From a virus, in IMG/VR virus record IMGVR_UViG_3300034073_000569, positions 1 through 64,000 of that record: DNA of 64,000 nt. The stretch is one strand, 5' to 3'. Under the pieces are notes generated by a model. The model searched no databases. It was not told where the DNA came from and saw nothing but the letters and a program-made list of their open reading frames with translations. Each line of letters opens with the position of its first letter. Position 1 is the first letter of the stretch. A program made the translations under genes and the position numbers. Shown one piece after another: positions 20,008 to 29,924 of the stretch.

Positions 20008-21324
20008 TTAAACATTATGGGTAAATTCAGATACTTTACCTTTAGTTAAGTCATGTATTTCCATAACTGCTTGACGCTTAGAGCCTGTAAACTTGTTATG
20101 GTAATGCCAATAATCTGATTTAGATAGAGAAGGAAGATGTTTAATTGTAAAACCATGTACCTCATTATCCGTCACAAACTCAGTTATCTTCTTTGTATGG
20201 AAGTGTCCTGTATAACATGTACGATATACAGTCTGACCCCACTGATGTGGAAACTCTGTAGCATACACTAAAGCTGTCATCTTCTTAGTTACATCACCAT
20301 GCTCAAACGCAAAGAAATTATTACCCCAAGTAACAACCTTTCTTTCCGCATAAGTAGCATCAAACGTAATAGATATCTCTTGAGTAAAGCACTTAGATAA
20401 AGCATGTACCAAATGATAAGAAGATAATCGGTCATGGTTACCAGGTAGGTAAACCACTTCTAATTCTTTACAGAACTGCTTGATAAAATTAACTGACCAG
20501 AACATGGCATCAAAAGCCTCATCATAAGCATCCTGAGCTCTAAGGTCAGAGTCTACTGGTGTCCCCTTAGTAGTTAATCCACCAAAGGTATCCATGTTAA
20601 GAAGGTCTCCTCCTATCACATATATGATCTTTTCTACTTTATGAGAGTAATAAGATCTTAGTACAAGACTCTTAATGCTCTCTTTAAAGTCATCTACTAC
20701 TGATAGATTACCTTCTTTACCAAAGTGGAGATCTTGAATAGACAAGATCCCCACAGTTGGGTTATCAAATTTGTCATTAACAAATACCTCTGCAACGGGT
20801 TTATATGACGGATTAAAATTCTGTAAAGTTTCTTGTAATAAGTCTTTGGGTTCTAAGACTTTCTGAGTAACCATGGCTGAGATTAGCCAATAGTCTTTGT
20901 GTTGTTTGTTCCAGTAGGAACTAAGCTTCCACTTATCTGTATCTATTTTTAATATCCTAATTATCTCTTCTGGACTCTTAGGTTCAGTAAAGGCTATACC
21001 TTTTACTTCTGCTACACCTTCTTCAAGGTTTTCCTTCCATTCTACGACCTTTTCTTTAGTTTGGTTGATGGTATCTACCAAATGGTTTTCAAGGTCTGAA
21101 ATGTACTGATTCTTGATGGTTTCATCATCTATCAGTTCTAGCATTCTTTTACCAACTAAATCTACAAGACTAATATCTAGTTCATTTTGTAGTAGATCTT
21201 TTGTTTGTAAAATTTGTTTCTTGATCTCTTGGTATTTTTGTAGTGAAATACCTAACTTTAAAGCACAGAACTCATCAGTTTTTTTCCATCTGAGAGAGCC
21301 ATACACCTGATTGATTAACGTCAT
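20008..21324 (-). CDS. Calcineurin-like metallophosphoesterase
   Basis: Complete motif set DLHFG, GGDLLN, PGNHD, EHGD, GHFH; N-terminal HTH-like segment. Confidence 0.85.
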   Translation of the reverse strand: MTLINQVYGSLRWKKTDEFCALKLGISLQKYQEIKKQILQTKDLLQNELDISLVDLVGKRMLELIDDETIKNQYISDLENHLVDTINQTKEKVVEWKENLEEGVAEVKGIAFTEPKSPEEIIRILKIDTDKWKLSSYWNKQHKDYWLISAMVTQKVLEPKDLLQETLQNFNPSYKPVAEVFVNDKFDNPTVGILSIQDLHFGKEGNLSVVDDFKESIKSLVLRSYYSHKVEKIIYVIGGDLLNMDTFGGLTTKGTPVDSDLRAQDAYDEAFDAMFWSVNFIKQFCKELEVVYLPGNHDRLSSYHLVHALSKCFTQEISITFDATYAERKVVTWGNNFFAFEHGDVTKKMTALVYATEFPHQWGQTVYRTCYTGHFHTKKITEFVTDNEVHGFTIKHLPSLSKSDYWHYHNKFTGSKRQAVMEIHDLTKGKVSEFTHNV

Positions 21325-21410
21325 AGTTGTTTGGATTGGGTATATGGTGTATAAAGTTAGCTTACTTTATTTATAAATAATACTTTTTATACACAAAATA
21401 TCAACATTTT

Positions 21411-21447
21411 AAAAATTAGCCCCCACTATAGAAATAGCAGGGGCTTT
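21411..21447 (-). terminator. Probable intrinsic terminator
   Basis: Minus strand AGCCCCTGCTATTTCTATAGTGGGGGCT hairpin followed by AATTTTT. Confidence 0.55.
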
Positions 21448-21491
21448 GTTTGTCAGGTGGAAACCAACAAAACCACTGACTTTTTTATATC

Positions 21492-22187
21492 TTAATCACC
21501 TACATATGATGCTCCTGGACATGATCCTCCAGTACTAGAATTTCCTGCACATACACCACTAATTGTAGTTGTACCTGTTGAAGTATTACCACCTCCATTA
21601 ACTGTCATAATAGTTAATGATGCTGAAATCATACTAGATGTTGAATTATTTGTAAAGATTGACGTATTAATGTTTACTACACCACCAACCGGAATAGTAA
21701 TATTTTTATAAAGATCTAATGTTACACCTGCACTAGAACCCGGTTGAAAACATCCACTTGTTCCACTTACTAAAAAGTCAGGACTTGTTGATCCCATAGA
21801 AGCACTTAACCATGCTGTATTAGTAGGTGTAAGTAAGCCAGAAATTGCAAGTTTTACTCTAACTACATCACCAACTGTACCAGTAAGATTATAATTACCA
21901 TAACCACTACTACATGGAATACCAACTGCTAAAGTAGCAGCACCACTTGATCCGGCCACTGCTGTAAAACTAGTAGGTGTTGAATAAACTCCACCACCAC
22001 AAGATGCTTCTACAGTACCACTATATGAAGTACCATTAAGACCTGTAATCACTACAGGAGAACTATACGGATTAGGTGTGATTACAATAGCACTAGCTGG
22101 ACTACTTGTAGGCCAGTAAGTAACTCTATAACCTCCTTGAGGATCAGGAGATGTTTCCGCAAACGTTATGGTTAATGTATTAGACAT
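21492..22187 (-). CDS. FN3-like domain structural/decoration protein
   Basis: GYRVTYW...VVITGLNGTSYSGTVEASC is FN3-like; paralogous N-terminus to 22383..23522. Confidence 0.6.
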   Translation of the reverse strand: MSNTLTITFAETSPDPQGGYRVTYWPTSSPASAIVITPNPYSSPVVITGLNGTSYSGTVEASCGGGVYSTPTSFTAVAGSSGAATLAVGIPCSSGYGNYNLTGTVGDVVRVKLAISGLLTPTNTAWLSASMGSTSPDFLVSGTSGCFQPGSSAGVTLDLYKNITIPVGGVVNINTSIFTNNSTSSMISASLTIMTVNGGGNTSTGTTTISGVCAGNSSTGGSCPGASYVGD

Positions 22188-22383
22188 GGCTATTTATCCA
22201 GTTTGTTACGTCATCATTAGATATCAATACTTCACTTAATTCACTATTGTCCTTCATTACAATAAAAAAGTCTTCTTCAAACTTTTTGTATATAATAAAG
22301 TCATGACCATTTTGAACTATAGAATTTTGTTTAGTAAAGTCCGCACCTAAATTACTGACAATTATATTAATTAAATGTTTCAT
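22180..22383 (-). CDS. Hypothetical protein (67 aa)
   Basis: Translationally coupled between two FN3-like genes. Confidence 0.5.
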   Translation of the reverse strand: MKHLINIIVSNLGADFTKQNSIVQNGHDFIIYKKFEEDFFIVMKDNSELSEVLISNDDVTNWINSHV

Positions 22384-23522
22384 TATATAGCTGGAGTGGT
22401 TGTATCATTAATATCTATAGTTCCAATATTGGTACTTCTGTTATAAGTAATAACAGCAATTCTCTGTCCTCTAGAAAGATTAGCAGATACGTTTGGTACT
22501 TCTACATCTGAAGATCCTGTAGCTAAACCACCATCGTCTTTATAAGCTGTAATTACTTTGCTTGAAGAAGTTCCAGCAAATGTACCAACAGCTGTAGGAT
22601 TAGTAAAATTATAAGCAGGCGTACCAGATGACCCTTGCTTAACCATACAACCGCCTTTATAAAGTGTAAAGCCAATATTAACAGCTTGTGTTCCTATTTC
22701 TCCCCACCATAAAGCTCTACAATCAATTACTATTTCATTCTGACCTGCAGGAATTAGTGTAAAATCAATCATAGTAGCTTCAAAACCTTGTTGAAGATTA
22801 TCAGACCCCCAAATAGCTAATGGCTTAATAGCTACATTACAAACGTTACCACTTTCTATATAACTTGCTGTTTGAGGAGTTCTAGTATATTGACCAAAAC
22901 CAATGTATGTACCAGCAGGAACTTGTCCTGAAACAACAGGTAATTGATCAGCATAAGTAGTTCCTTCTATGGATACAATCCTTGTTCTTGTATCTAAATC
23001 TCTACCATCTGTAAACTGATAAGTAACAACCATATAGTCAGCATCAAATGTAAATGATGTTTGACCCACTTCAATACTTTCAGTTTTTGTACAAGTAGTT
23101 ACAGTATCGGTAACTGTTACAGTATATGTAACTCCCGCACTTAATCCTGTAGCAGTTTGTGTTGTCTGTATAGGGTTAGTGTTCCAACTATATGTATATG
23201 TTCCAGATCCGCCAGTTACTGATGTAACTGTAGCTGTACCATCTGTTCCAGCTTGGTTAGTAGGATTAGTTGTATTTAATACTAACGCTAACTCACAAAC
23301 TTGATCCTCAAAAGAAACTCTTGTAGAGTTTCCAAAGCTACATACAGATTCAATAGTACCCGTATAAGATGTAGCTGTTAGACCGGTTATTACAGCAGGA
23401 CTACCTGTAACAGTAGTTGTCAAAATAGTACCCGGAGTACTAGTTGCCCAATATCTAACTAGATATCCTCCAGATGGAGCTGGAGAAGCTTCAGTAAATT
23501 CTATAGTTAGTTGGTTAGCCAT
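22383..23522 (-). CDS. FN3-like protein containing an SprB-type repeat
   Basis: N-terminal FN3-like domain, then TNPT...[20 protein letters not shown]...[17 protein letters not shown]. Confidence 0.65.
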   Translation of the reverse strand: MANQLTIEFTEASPAPSGGYLVRYWATSTPGTILTTTVTGSPAVITGLTATSYTGTIESVCSFGNSTRVSFEDQVCELALVLNTTNPTNQAGTDGTATVTSVTGGSGTYTYSWNTNPIQTTQTATGLSAGVTYTVTVTDTVTTCTKTESIEVGQTSFTFDADYMVVTYQFTDGRDLDTRTRIVSIEGTTYADQLPVVSGQVPAGTYIGFGQYTRTPQTASYIESGNVCNVAIKPLAIWGSDNLQQGFEATMIDFTLIPAGQNEIVIDCRALWWGEIGTQAVNIGFTLYKGGCMVKQGSSGTPAYNFTNPTAVGTFAGTSSSKVITAYKDDGGLATGSSDVEVPNVSANLSRGQRIAVITYNRSTNIGTIDINDTTTPAI

Positions 23523-23530
23523 TAATTATA

Positions 23531-23980
23531 TTATTCTATACAAGCACTTAAGTAAGTAAACTGTCCACCCGTTACGCTTCCTTCTACAGCACATACTGTT
23601 TGAGGAGCACCTGAATTATTATAGATACTTATTGGTTGTAGATCAGTACAAGATGTATAACTATAATCCGCAGTATCTAATAATCTATAACTTGCACAAC
23701 TAGTATTAAGACCAGTTACTCCAAATGTTTCTAATTCAGTTAGTTCACCTGTTCCACAATCTGCTAAAATTCTTCCTTCAATACTATAACAAGTTGGTAC
23801 GTTAGGGATTGAAATTGGATTAGTAGTTTTATTAGGAACAGTTTTCCAAGTTAAACTACCTACAACTCTCCATTGAACAGTATATCCACTTGCTGGTAAA
23901 ATATTACTAGCTGATGTATAATTAACAACTAAAGTTTTAAAAGATGAGCAGGGGAAATCCGCTCTATTACTTTCTGGCAT
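23531..23980 (-). CDS. Cys-rich FN3-like structural protein
   Basis: GYTVQWRVVGSLTW motif, multiple Cys. Confidence 0.55.
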   Translation of the reverse strand: MPESNRADFPCSSFKTLVVNYTSASNILPASGYTVQWRVVGSLTWKTVPNKTTNPISIPNVPTCYSIEGRILADCGTGELTELETFGVTGLNTSCASYRLLDTADYSYTSCTDLQPISIYNNSGAPQTVCAVEGSVTGGQFTYLSACIE

Positions 23981-23992
23981 AATTTAATTAGT

Positions 23993-24649
23993 TTATACAA
24001 TAGTTCCAGTTCCAGATACTTTAACAGGAGATCCTACAAAAGCTTTAAAACTTTGTGGAGTTCCTTGTGTAACAGAAATATTAAATATTTGATGATTAGA
24101 ACCTGTAGCTTTAACTACTGTAGCACCACCTGATAATGCTGTAGTTGGTACTGCTGATGCAACAAACGTTGTTGTTGTAGGTACAGAAAGAACAGTAGAT
24201 CCTGCTGCAAACGCTCCAACACCTGCTGTTACTTCTAATGTCATACCTACAGCTAAACCAGTTGTTGAACCAACTGTAATTGTAGCACTATCACTTGTAG
24301 CTCCTGCTGTAGAAGTATATACAGGACCAAGTCCTAAATAACTTACAACCATAGGAGTAGTTGTAGTAGATGTAGCTGTATAAGTAGTTAACGGAATAGC
24401 TGTATCAATTACACTGTTAACTACTTTATGTAATTTAGTTAATACTGTAAGTAAACGATCACCATTAACAATACCTAAAGCTGGAAGATTTGGTCCAGTA
24501 AACTTTACACAATCTGTAAACAATATCTCATCACAAGGCTCTCCTCCTACACAAGGTGGAAGATTGATAGCATTTGATGGTGGGCAATCTGCACAACCAT
24601 CGTTACAGTTTGCTAAAGGTAAAGCCGTATCGTTACAACCGCATGACAT
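23993..24649 (-). CDS. Cys-rich putative structural protein
   Basis: Cys-rich N-terminus with TDCVKFTGPNLPAL (paralogous to SNCVIWQGPDLSC in 25231..26472); Thr-rich beta C-terminus. Confidence 0.55.
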   Translation of the reverse strand: MSCGCNDTALPLANCNDGCADCPPSNAINLPPCVGGEPCDEILFTDCVKFTGPNLPALGIVNGDRLLTVLTKLHKVVNSVIDTAIPLTTYTATSTTTTPMVVSYLGLGPVYTSTAGATSDSATITVGSTTGLAVGMTLEVTAGVGAFAAGSTVLSVPTTTTFVASAVPTTALSGGATVVKATGSNHQIFNISVTQGTPQSFKAFVGSPVKVSGTGTIV

Positions 24650-24674
24650 ATCTATAAATATTTAAATGTTTTAA

Positions 24675-25229
24675 TTAAGTTTCAGGTTCTAGTGTTGCTA
24701 CAACATTTGTAGGAATACTACATACTGGAGGAGCAGCTGTTGTAACATCTTCAAACAAACAATCAGTTTTTGTTAAATCACCAGCTGATGGAACAACTCT
24801 AATTTTATATGTAGTAGATGCAGTTAATCCTGTAAATGTTCCTGTACGTGTTGTTGTTCCTGTAGGAGTAGAAGATGCAACTTCTGTTGTTCCAGCTGAG
24901 TCAAACAACTTAACCACATAAGTATCTACATCACCACCAACTTCATCAAAGGTATATGCAATAGTACTATCAGTAGAAGTAGCTGTAACAGTTGGACAAA
25001 CAATATATATCTTGTTAAGAGTTACACTAGGGGCAGGAGTTCCACCTGAACAATAAGTAACTATTCTAAAGTTATATATTAAATTACTATTAAGCCCTGT
25101 TACAGTTGATGTAGTAGCACTACCACCAACTGTTTCAAATGTTATCCATGTACTAGAACTATTCAGCTTGTACTGAACATTCTGTGAGGTAGCACCAGCT
25201 CCTATTGACCAAGATAACGTTGCGTTCAT
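24675..25229 (-). CDS. Tandem fibronectin type III domain protein
   Basis: ATLSW...VQYK...TVTGLNSNLIYNFRI and FTGLTASTTYKIRV: two FN3 signatures. Confidence 0.75.
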   Translation of the reverse strand: MNATLSWSIGAGATSQNVQYKLNSSSTWITFETVGGSATTSTVTGLNSNLIYNFRIVTYCSGGTPAPSVTLNKIYIVCPTVTATSTDSTIAYTFDEVGGDVDTYVVKLFDSAGTTEVASSTPTGTTTRTGTFTGLTASTTYKIRVVPSAGDLTKTDCLFEDVTTAAPPVCSIPTNVVATLEPET

Positions 25230-25230
25230 G

Positions 25231-26472
25231 TTATTCTAATGTTGCACTTACAGATGTAATGATAGGGCATGGAAGAGGTACATCAAACGTAGCCACTTTA
25301 GAACATGTGTTACCATTTTTAGTTACACAACCTTCTACAGTAACTGTATAGTTTTGACTAGGACTTAAGGAAGCTCCAGTTACATCAAAGGTAATACCAT
25401 CAGTATCACTTTGAGCTGCTACTAAATCAACATAACCAGTATAAATATGACCAGATGTATCTTTAATTGTTACTTTAGATCCTTGAGCATTGCAGTTTGT
25501 AAAGCCTGCAGGAACTACAGTACTACCAGAGAAGAATAATGTAACTTGTGTACGAGCTTCATTAGCTGCTGCACTAAATCCAAGAAGGAATGCAGAACAA
25601 TCAGTAGTACCAGCTGTATTTTTAAGATCGTAAATAGCTGATCTCATATCACATAACACTACCCATAAGTTTTTAATAGCTCCTGCTACTGTACCGGATA
25701 AAGCATCTCCTGTTGAAGGAACCCATCCAGTTAAACCACTTACGTAGCCAGGTTGACTAAGTGCATTTTGTGTAGCTAAGCCTTGACACTGCTGTCCAAC
25801 AGCTGCAGTTAAACCTGCATTAGTTCCAAGTACACTTCTTAAATTACAATATTGTGCCTCTAATTCATCTACTACTAAATTCATAGCGGTAGGTGTTGAA
25901 GGAAGAATACAATTAGGAGTTACAGTAGGAAGAGTTACACTAGGTGCATTCTCTAATGCAGTAATTCTTGTATTATAAGTAGCTAAAGTAGTTGTATGAC
26001 CATCTACTGTAGCTTTTAGAGTACAAAATTGATTACCTAATCTTAAAGTAAATTGATTATGAACAAGTTGTGTAATAGTCTGACCTGTTGCCGGATCAGT
26101 ATATTGTAAACAAGTAGGTAGTAAAAGATTAGGTTCTTCATAACCACCATCAGCACCTGGTAAATTTTCAATAGTTGTACTTAAACAACACACTTTATCT
26201 ATAATAAAATCCAACACTGCTGACAGGGTTTTATTAGTAGGTGCAGGATTTGTAGATGCACAAAAAGAAACTAGACAAGATAAGTCTAAAGTAGATAAGT
26301 CTAAAGCTGATTGTATTGTACACAGCTGTGTTGCAAGCTTATATACTACATCAGATACAGCATCACCGTTGCAGAGGTTAATGCATGATAGATCCGGCCC
26401 TTGCCAAATTACACAATTTGAGGAAACCGGAGAACAACCCTTATCAGCAGTATTGGATTTTACAGGTAGCAT
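25231..26472 (-). CDS. Cys-rich putative fibre/spike structural protein
   Basis: CSPVSSNCVIWQGPDLSC N-terminal motif, coiled-coil TRITALE, beta-sandwich C-terminus. Confidence 0.55.
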   Translation of the reverse strand: MLPVKSNTADKGCSPVSSNCVIWQGPDLSCINLCNGDAVSDVVYKLATQLCTIQSALDLSTLDLSCLVSFCASTNPAPTNKTLSAVLDFIIDKVCCLSTTIENLPGADGGYEEPNLLLPTCLQYTDPATGQTITQLVHNQFTLRLGNQFCTLKATVDGHTTTLATYNTRITALENAPSVTLPTVTPNCILPSTPTAMNLVVDELEAQYCNLRSVLGTNAGLTAAVGQQCQGLATQNALSQPGYVSGLTGWVPSTGDALSGTVAGAIKNLWVVLCDMRSAIYDLKNTAGTTDCSAFLLGFSAAANEARTQVTLFFSGSTVVPAGFTNCNAQGSKVTIKDTSGHIYTGYVDLVAAQSDTDGITFDVTGASLSPSQNYTVTVEGCVTKNGNTCSKVATFDVPLPCPIITSVSATLE

Positions 26473-26496
26473 ATATTATTGTATATCAATGAGTTA

Positions 26497-27003
26497 TTAA
26501 CAATCAACCACATTGTCTGCACCAAACAGACCTTCTAGTTTTGTTCTTAAATGACTGTAACCAAACGCAAATACATCTACACCTTCTGCAGATGATAAAT
26601 CAGGAACAGTCTTAGTGATTGTTTCTTGTACATCTTGCTCTTGCATCTCAATACGAGTTCTAGTAACAGTAGTAGTCTCAGAATTACCATCTGCATCTGG
26701 AGAACCAGTTACTTCTTCAGTAAATTCTACTTCTACAGGTACAGTACGTCTTACAGTTATCGTTTCTTCAACTTGCTGAGTTAAAGCAACATATAGACTC
26801 TCACCAATTTGTTGGTTACGAGCTACACCACCATTCATTCCTGGATAAGATGATACAGAAGTAGCATCATCCTGACTTTGAAAAAGTTCAATTCTGAAGT
26901 TAGCAGATCCATATTTAGAGATCTGATAATCAGCTATACGTACATATGCTTCAGAAGTAATACCTTTATCGGTTCCAATCTGAGCTGTGATTTTAAGTGC
27001 CAT
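26497..27003 (-). CDS. Hypothetical protein, possibly tail-fibre associated
   Basis: Acidic 168 aa with AYVRI...FAFGYSHLR; follows a promoter-like motif. Confidence 0.5.
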   Translation of the reverse strand: MALKITAQIGTDKGITSEAYVRIADYQISKYGSANFRIELFQSQDDATSVSSYPGMNGGVARNQQIGESLYVALTQQVEETITVRRTVPVEVEFTEEVTGSPDADGNSETTTVTRTRIEMQEQDVQETITKTVPDLSSAEGVDVFAFGYSHLRTKLEGLFGADNVVDC

Positions 27004-27030
27004 ACTATTTATGTTTAGATTTTAAGTAGT

Positions 27031-27046
27031 CTACAATATAATATAC
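27031..27046 (-). promoter_or_regulatory. Repeated phage promoter-like motif, copy 3
   Basis: GTATATTATATTGTAG right after a terminator. Confidence 0.55.
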
Positions 27047-27066
27047 ATTATTTTTGTTGAAATAAC

Positions 27067-27097
27067 AAAAAAACCACCCCAGGTGGGATGGTCTTTT
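27067..27097 (-). terminator. Intrinsic terminator
   Basis: Minus strand ACCATCCC-ACCT-GGGGTGGT followed by TTTTTT. Confidence 0.7.
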
Positions 27098-27120
27098 CTA
27101 TAAATAAAGAGAGGGCAGGA

Positions 27121-27633
27121 CTAATTTAAAGGAACCACTTTAGTTTCTTCAATCTTAATAAGCTTAAAGAATGTACCATAGTTCTCAGATGTTTCTACCT
27201 TTTCAAAGTCATCTAATGTAAATGCCTTATACTCAAGCTCTTTCTCTGTTTGAAGAAGTTCATTAAACTCTCTTTCAAAATCTTGATAAGCTGGATTGAT
27301 TACCTTTTTGGTAAACCAGTTACCATCTTTGTCAATATCCTTAACTGGTTGTCCTTCAGAGTCTAACTCTTCAATAACCATAGGAATAGAGATGCCGCCC
27401 TTTTCATCTTCCTTACCATACTTCTTGATAAGGTCGTTCTTTAATTCTTCTACAGAAGCTTTTTCTGCAGCTACTTTCTTACCTAGTTCTGTTAACCAGT
27501 ACTTAGTAACTAAAGATAATTTCTCCTGAATAAGTCCAGAAGCAACTTTCTCACCAGTTTGTTGGTTTGTTAAACCGTTGAGTTCAGCATCTAGATTGTA
27601 GAACTCAAACAATTTTAAAGAAATTTTTTCCAT
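27121..27633 (-). CDS. Hypothetical phage protein (170 aa)
   Basis: Helical protein with KYWL...LIKKYGKED...F..EFNELL pattern, of a kind common next to tail-fibre clusters. Confidence 0.6.
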   Translation of the reverse strand: MEKISLKLFEFYNLDAELNGLTNQQTGEKVASGLIQEKLSLVTKYWLTELGKKVAAEKASVEELKNDLIKKYGKEDEKGGISIPMVIEELDSEGQPVKDIDKDGNWFTKKVINPAYQDFEREFNELLQTEKELEYKAFTLDDFEKVETSENYGTFFKLIKIEETKVVPLN

Positions 27634-27659
27634 TGTTTTTTAAATTTTTAGATTAATCT

Positions 27660-27700
27660 GTTACAAATATAACAAATATATACAAATCTAGTACCAAACA
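27660..27700 (-). promoter_or_regulatory. Bacteroidota-type sigma-A promoter candidate
   Basis: Minus strand ...TTTG...TATATTTG-TTATATTTGTAAC matches the TAnnTTTG -7 element with upstream TTTG. Confidence 0.5.
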
Positions 27701-27752
27701 AGTTATCCACAAATGTTAATGACTAATTGACAGATAAGTTCATACAATTTAG

Positions 27753-29924
27753 TTATTTACTTATTTTATTAAATACTGGGGTATTTGCATGAGATATAAA
27801 ATATCTATTACCAGTAACACAAGTAAAAGAATAACTACTATTACTTGATACTGCTGACCAATATGTACCATCTGAAGATACATTAACGCCTGATATTAAA
27901 GGAGGACCTAGTGGCCCAGGATATGTCCCAGTTGTGCTATAAGTATCATAACTATCCCATCTATCTGTTGTAAAATAAATTAAACTACTGTTTCCATCAT
28001 TAGCCACAACTGATACTAAACCAACTCTTCCAGAATCATCTAAAGCACAAGAAGTGGCATAACATCCAGATATTCCCCATGGAGTAACCCATGTATTTCC
28101 ATAATCAGAAGATATGTAAATTCTTGCATTGGTGGGATCTGTAGAGGCAAAAGTTCTAAATTTACCATTAGTAGACATTGCAATAGAAACATACCCTTGA
28201 CCAAAATATGAACCAACTCCAGTCCAACTTGAACCATAATTAGAAGAATTATACACAGTAACACTGGTACTATCGCCACCAGGTTCTGTTGCTATCACAG
28301 TCATATATTTTCCATCATGTGATATAGCACAATCTTGAGCCTGAAAACTAACAGTAGTCATATATTGCCAACTTACACCTGAATCAGCAGATCTATATAT
28401 ATAAGATTCATTTGATGGACCATTATATGATGAAGCTAATAAATAGTATCCATCATCAGATACTGCACAACACATCATAACTTGACCAGAAGATGATAAG
28501 TTTGTAGACCATGATGCCCCATAATTACTAGAATGATAAACACTATAGTTAGGAAATCCACCAGGATTATTATCAAGAAGTGCTACTATATATTTACCAT
28601 TATTTGAACCGCCAGATGTTGCTACTTTAGTAAAATATCCAGATAAAGGTAACATACTAAAACTAGTTCCTTGATCAATAGACTTAAATACATTACCACC
28701 AGTAGATATTCCATATATATGTGGAGTTGTATATGTTGTAGTATTTACAGAAATAGATTTAGCACCAGCTATAACACTATCTGCAAACCAAGTATTACCA
28801 TAATCAATAGATCGTCTTCCTTGCTGATATTGAAATTGACCAGAAGCATCTACAGCTTGACCAATAGCTGTACCAATGCTAACTGTCCAACTAATTCCAA
28901 AATCACTTGATGCATAAGTTCTAAGTTGACCTAGTGTAAGTGAATAAGCTGCTACAGTCATATAATCACCACTTGCTGAAACTGAGCAACCTTTAAAAAC
29001 ATCATTTGGAGATAACGGTGCCGTTACTACTGTGACAGCTGTCCAACTACTACCATAATTATTTGAAACATAAAAATAACCTAAAGAAGAACCAGTTGGT
29101 TCTGGAGGTGTTAATAATTGATATTGTCCTGATTTAGACATACCAACACATCCTGTTATTAAAGTTTTTATTCCTTGACACAAATATGTTTTAGTATAGC
29201 TTGCACCAAAAGTATTAGAAGTAAACACATAATAATTAGTCCCATCAGATCCTAATACTGTTGCATAATTTCCCGCTCCAGACATTGCGGCTCCATTAAA
29301 ATTATATCTTATCCCATCTTGATATCCTACTACCCAGTTTACTCCTGCATCATAAGACCTATATATTTTAGCTCTATCAGCATCAAAAGAACCAACTTGT
29401 CTAGTTAAAATCATTAATTCACCATTACTACTCATAGCAGTACTTGTTGCTGAATCATTGGTTGTCATTACACTATCTAATCTTGTAAATGTCTCACCAT
29501 AATCATTAGAGAACCAAGCTCCCCCTCCATCACCACCAGATGTATAAGATCTACCAGCTAATATGCATCTATTATCTATAGAGGAAGAAATAGATGCCCA
29601 TACATCTCCTGCATTATAAAATATTAAAAATATCCAATCTCTGTTAGTATTTCCTAAATAAATAGCGTTGCTGTTAACTGCATATACTTGATTGGATTGT
29701 ACAGCCATATTACTCTTAACAGGTAATTGATTAGCTGACTTAGATCTAAAAGCAGGATAAAGATCCCAAGTATAAATATAGTTTTGTATCTCTGACTTAG
29801 TTACACTTTTATTTGAACTTGTACTAGGGACAGATTCTTTCTGTACAAAAACGCCAGTATTAATAGCATCCTGTAAGTTAGCTCTAGATATTGTTTGATT
29901 ACCAGATATAGACTTCCAACTCAT
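27753..29924 (-). CDS. BNR/Asp-box repeat beta-propeller protein (putative receptor-binding spike)
   Basis: More than ten S-x-[DN]-x-G-x-[ST]-[WF] repeats (SNDYGETF, SYDAGVNW, SNNYGSSW, SSDFGISW, SADSGVSW, SSDYGNTW). Confidence 0.85.
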   Translation of the reverse strand: MSWKSISGNQTISRANLQDAINTGVFVQKESVPSTSSNKSVTKSEIQNYIYTWDLYPAFRSKSANQLPVKSNMAVQSNQVYAVNSNAIYLGNTNRDWIFLIFYNAGDVWASISSSIDNRCILAGRSYTSGGDGGGAWFSNDYGETFTRLDSVMTTNDSATSTAMSSNGELMILTRQVGSFDADRAKIYRSYDAGVNWVVGYQDGIRYNFNGAAMSGAGNYATVLGSDGTNYYVFTSNTFGASYTKTYLCQGIKTLITGCVGMSKSGQYQLLTPPEPTGSSLGYFYVSNNYGSSWTAVTVVTAPLSPNDVFKGCSVSASGDYMTVAAYSLTLGQLRTYASSDFGISWTVSIGTAIGQAVDASGQFQYQQGRRSIDYGNTWFADSVIAGAKSISVNTTTYTTPHIYGISTGGNVFKSIDQGTSFSMLPLSGYFTKVATSGGSNNGKYIVALLDNNPGGFPNYSVYHSSNYGASWSTNLSSSGQVMMCCAVSDDGYYLLASSYNGPSNESYIYRSADSGVSWQYMTTVSFQAQDCAISHDGKYMTVIATEPGGDSTSVTVYNSSNYGSSWTGVGSYFGQGYVSIAMSTNGKFRTFASTDPTNARIYISSDYGNTWVTPWGISGCYATSCALDDSGRVGLVSVVANDGNSSLIYFTTDRWDSYDTYSTTGTYPGPLGPPLISGVNVSSDGTYWSAVSSNSSYSFTCVTGNRYFISHANTPVFNKISK

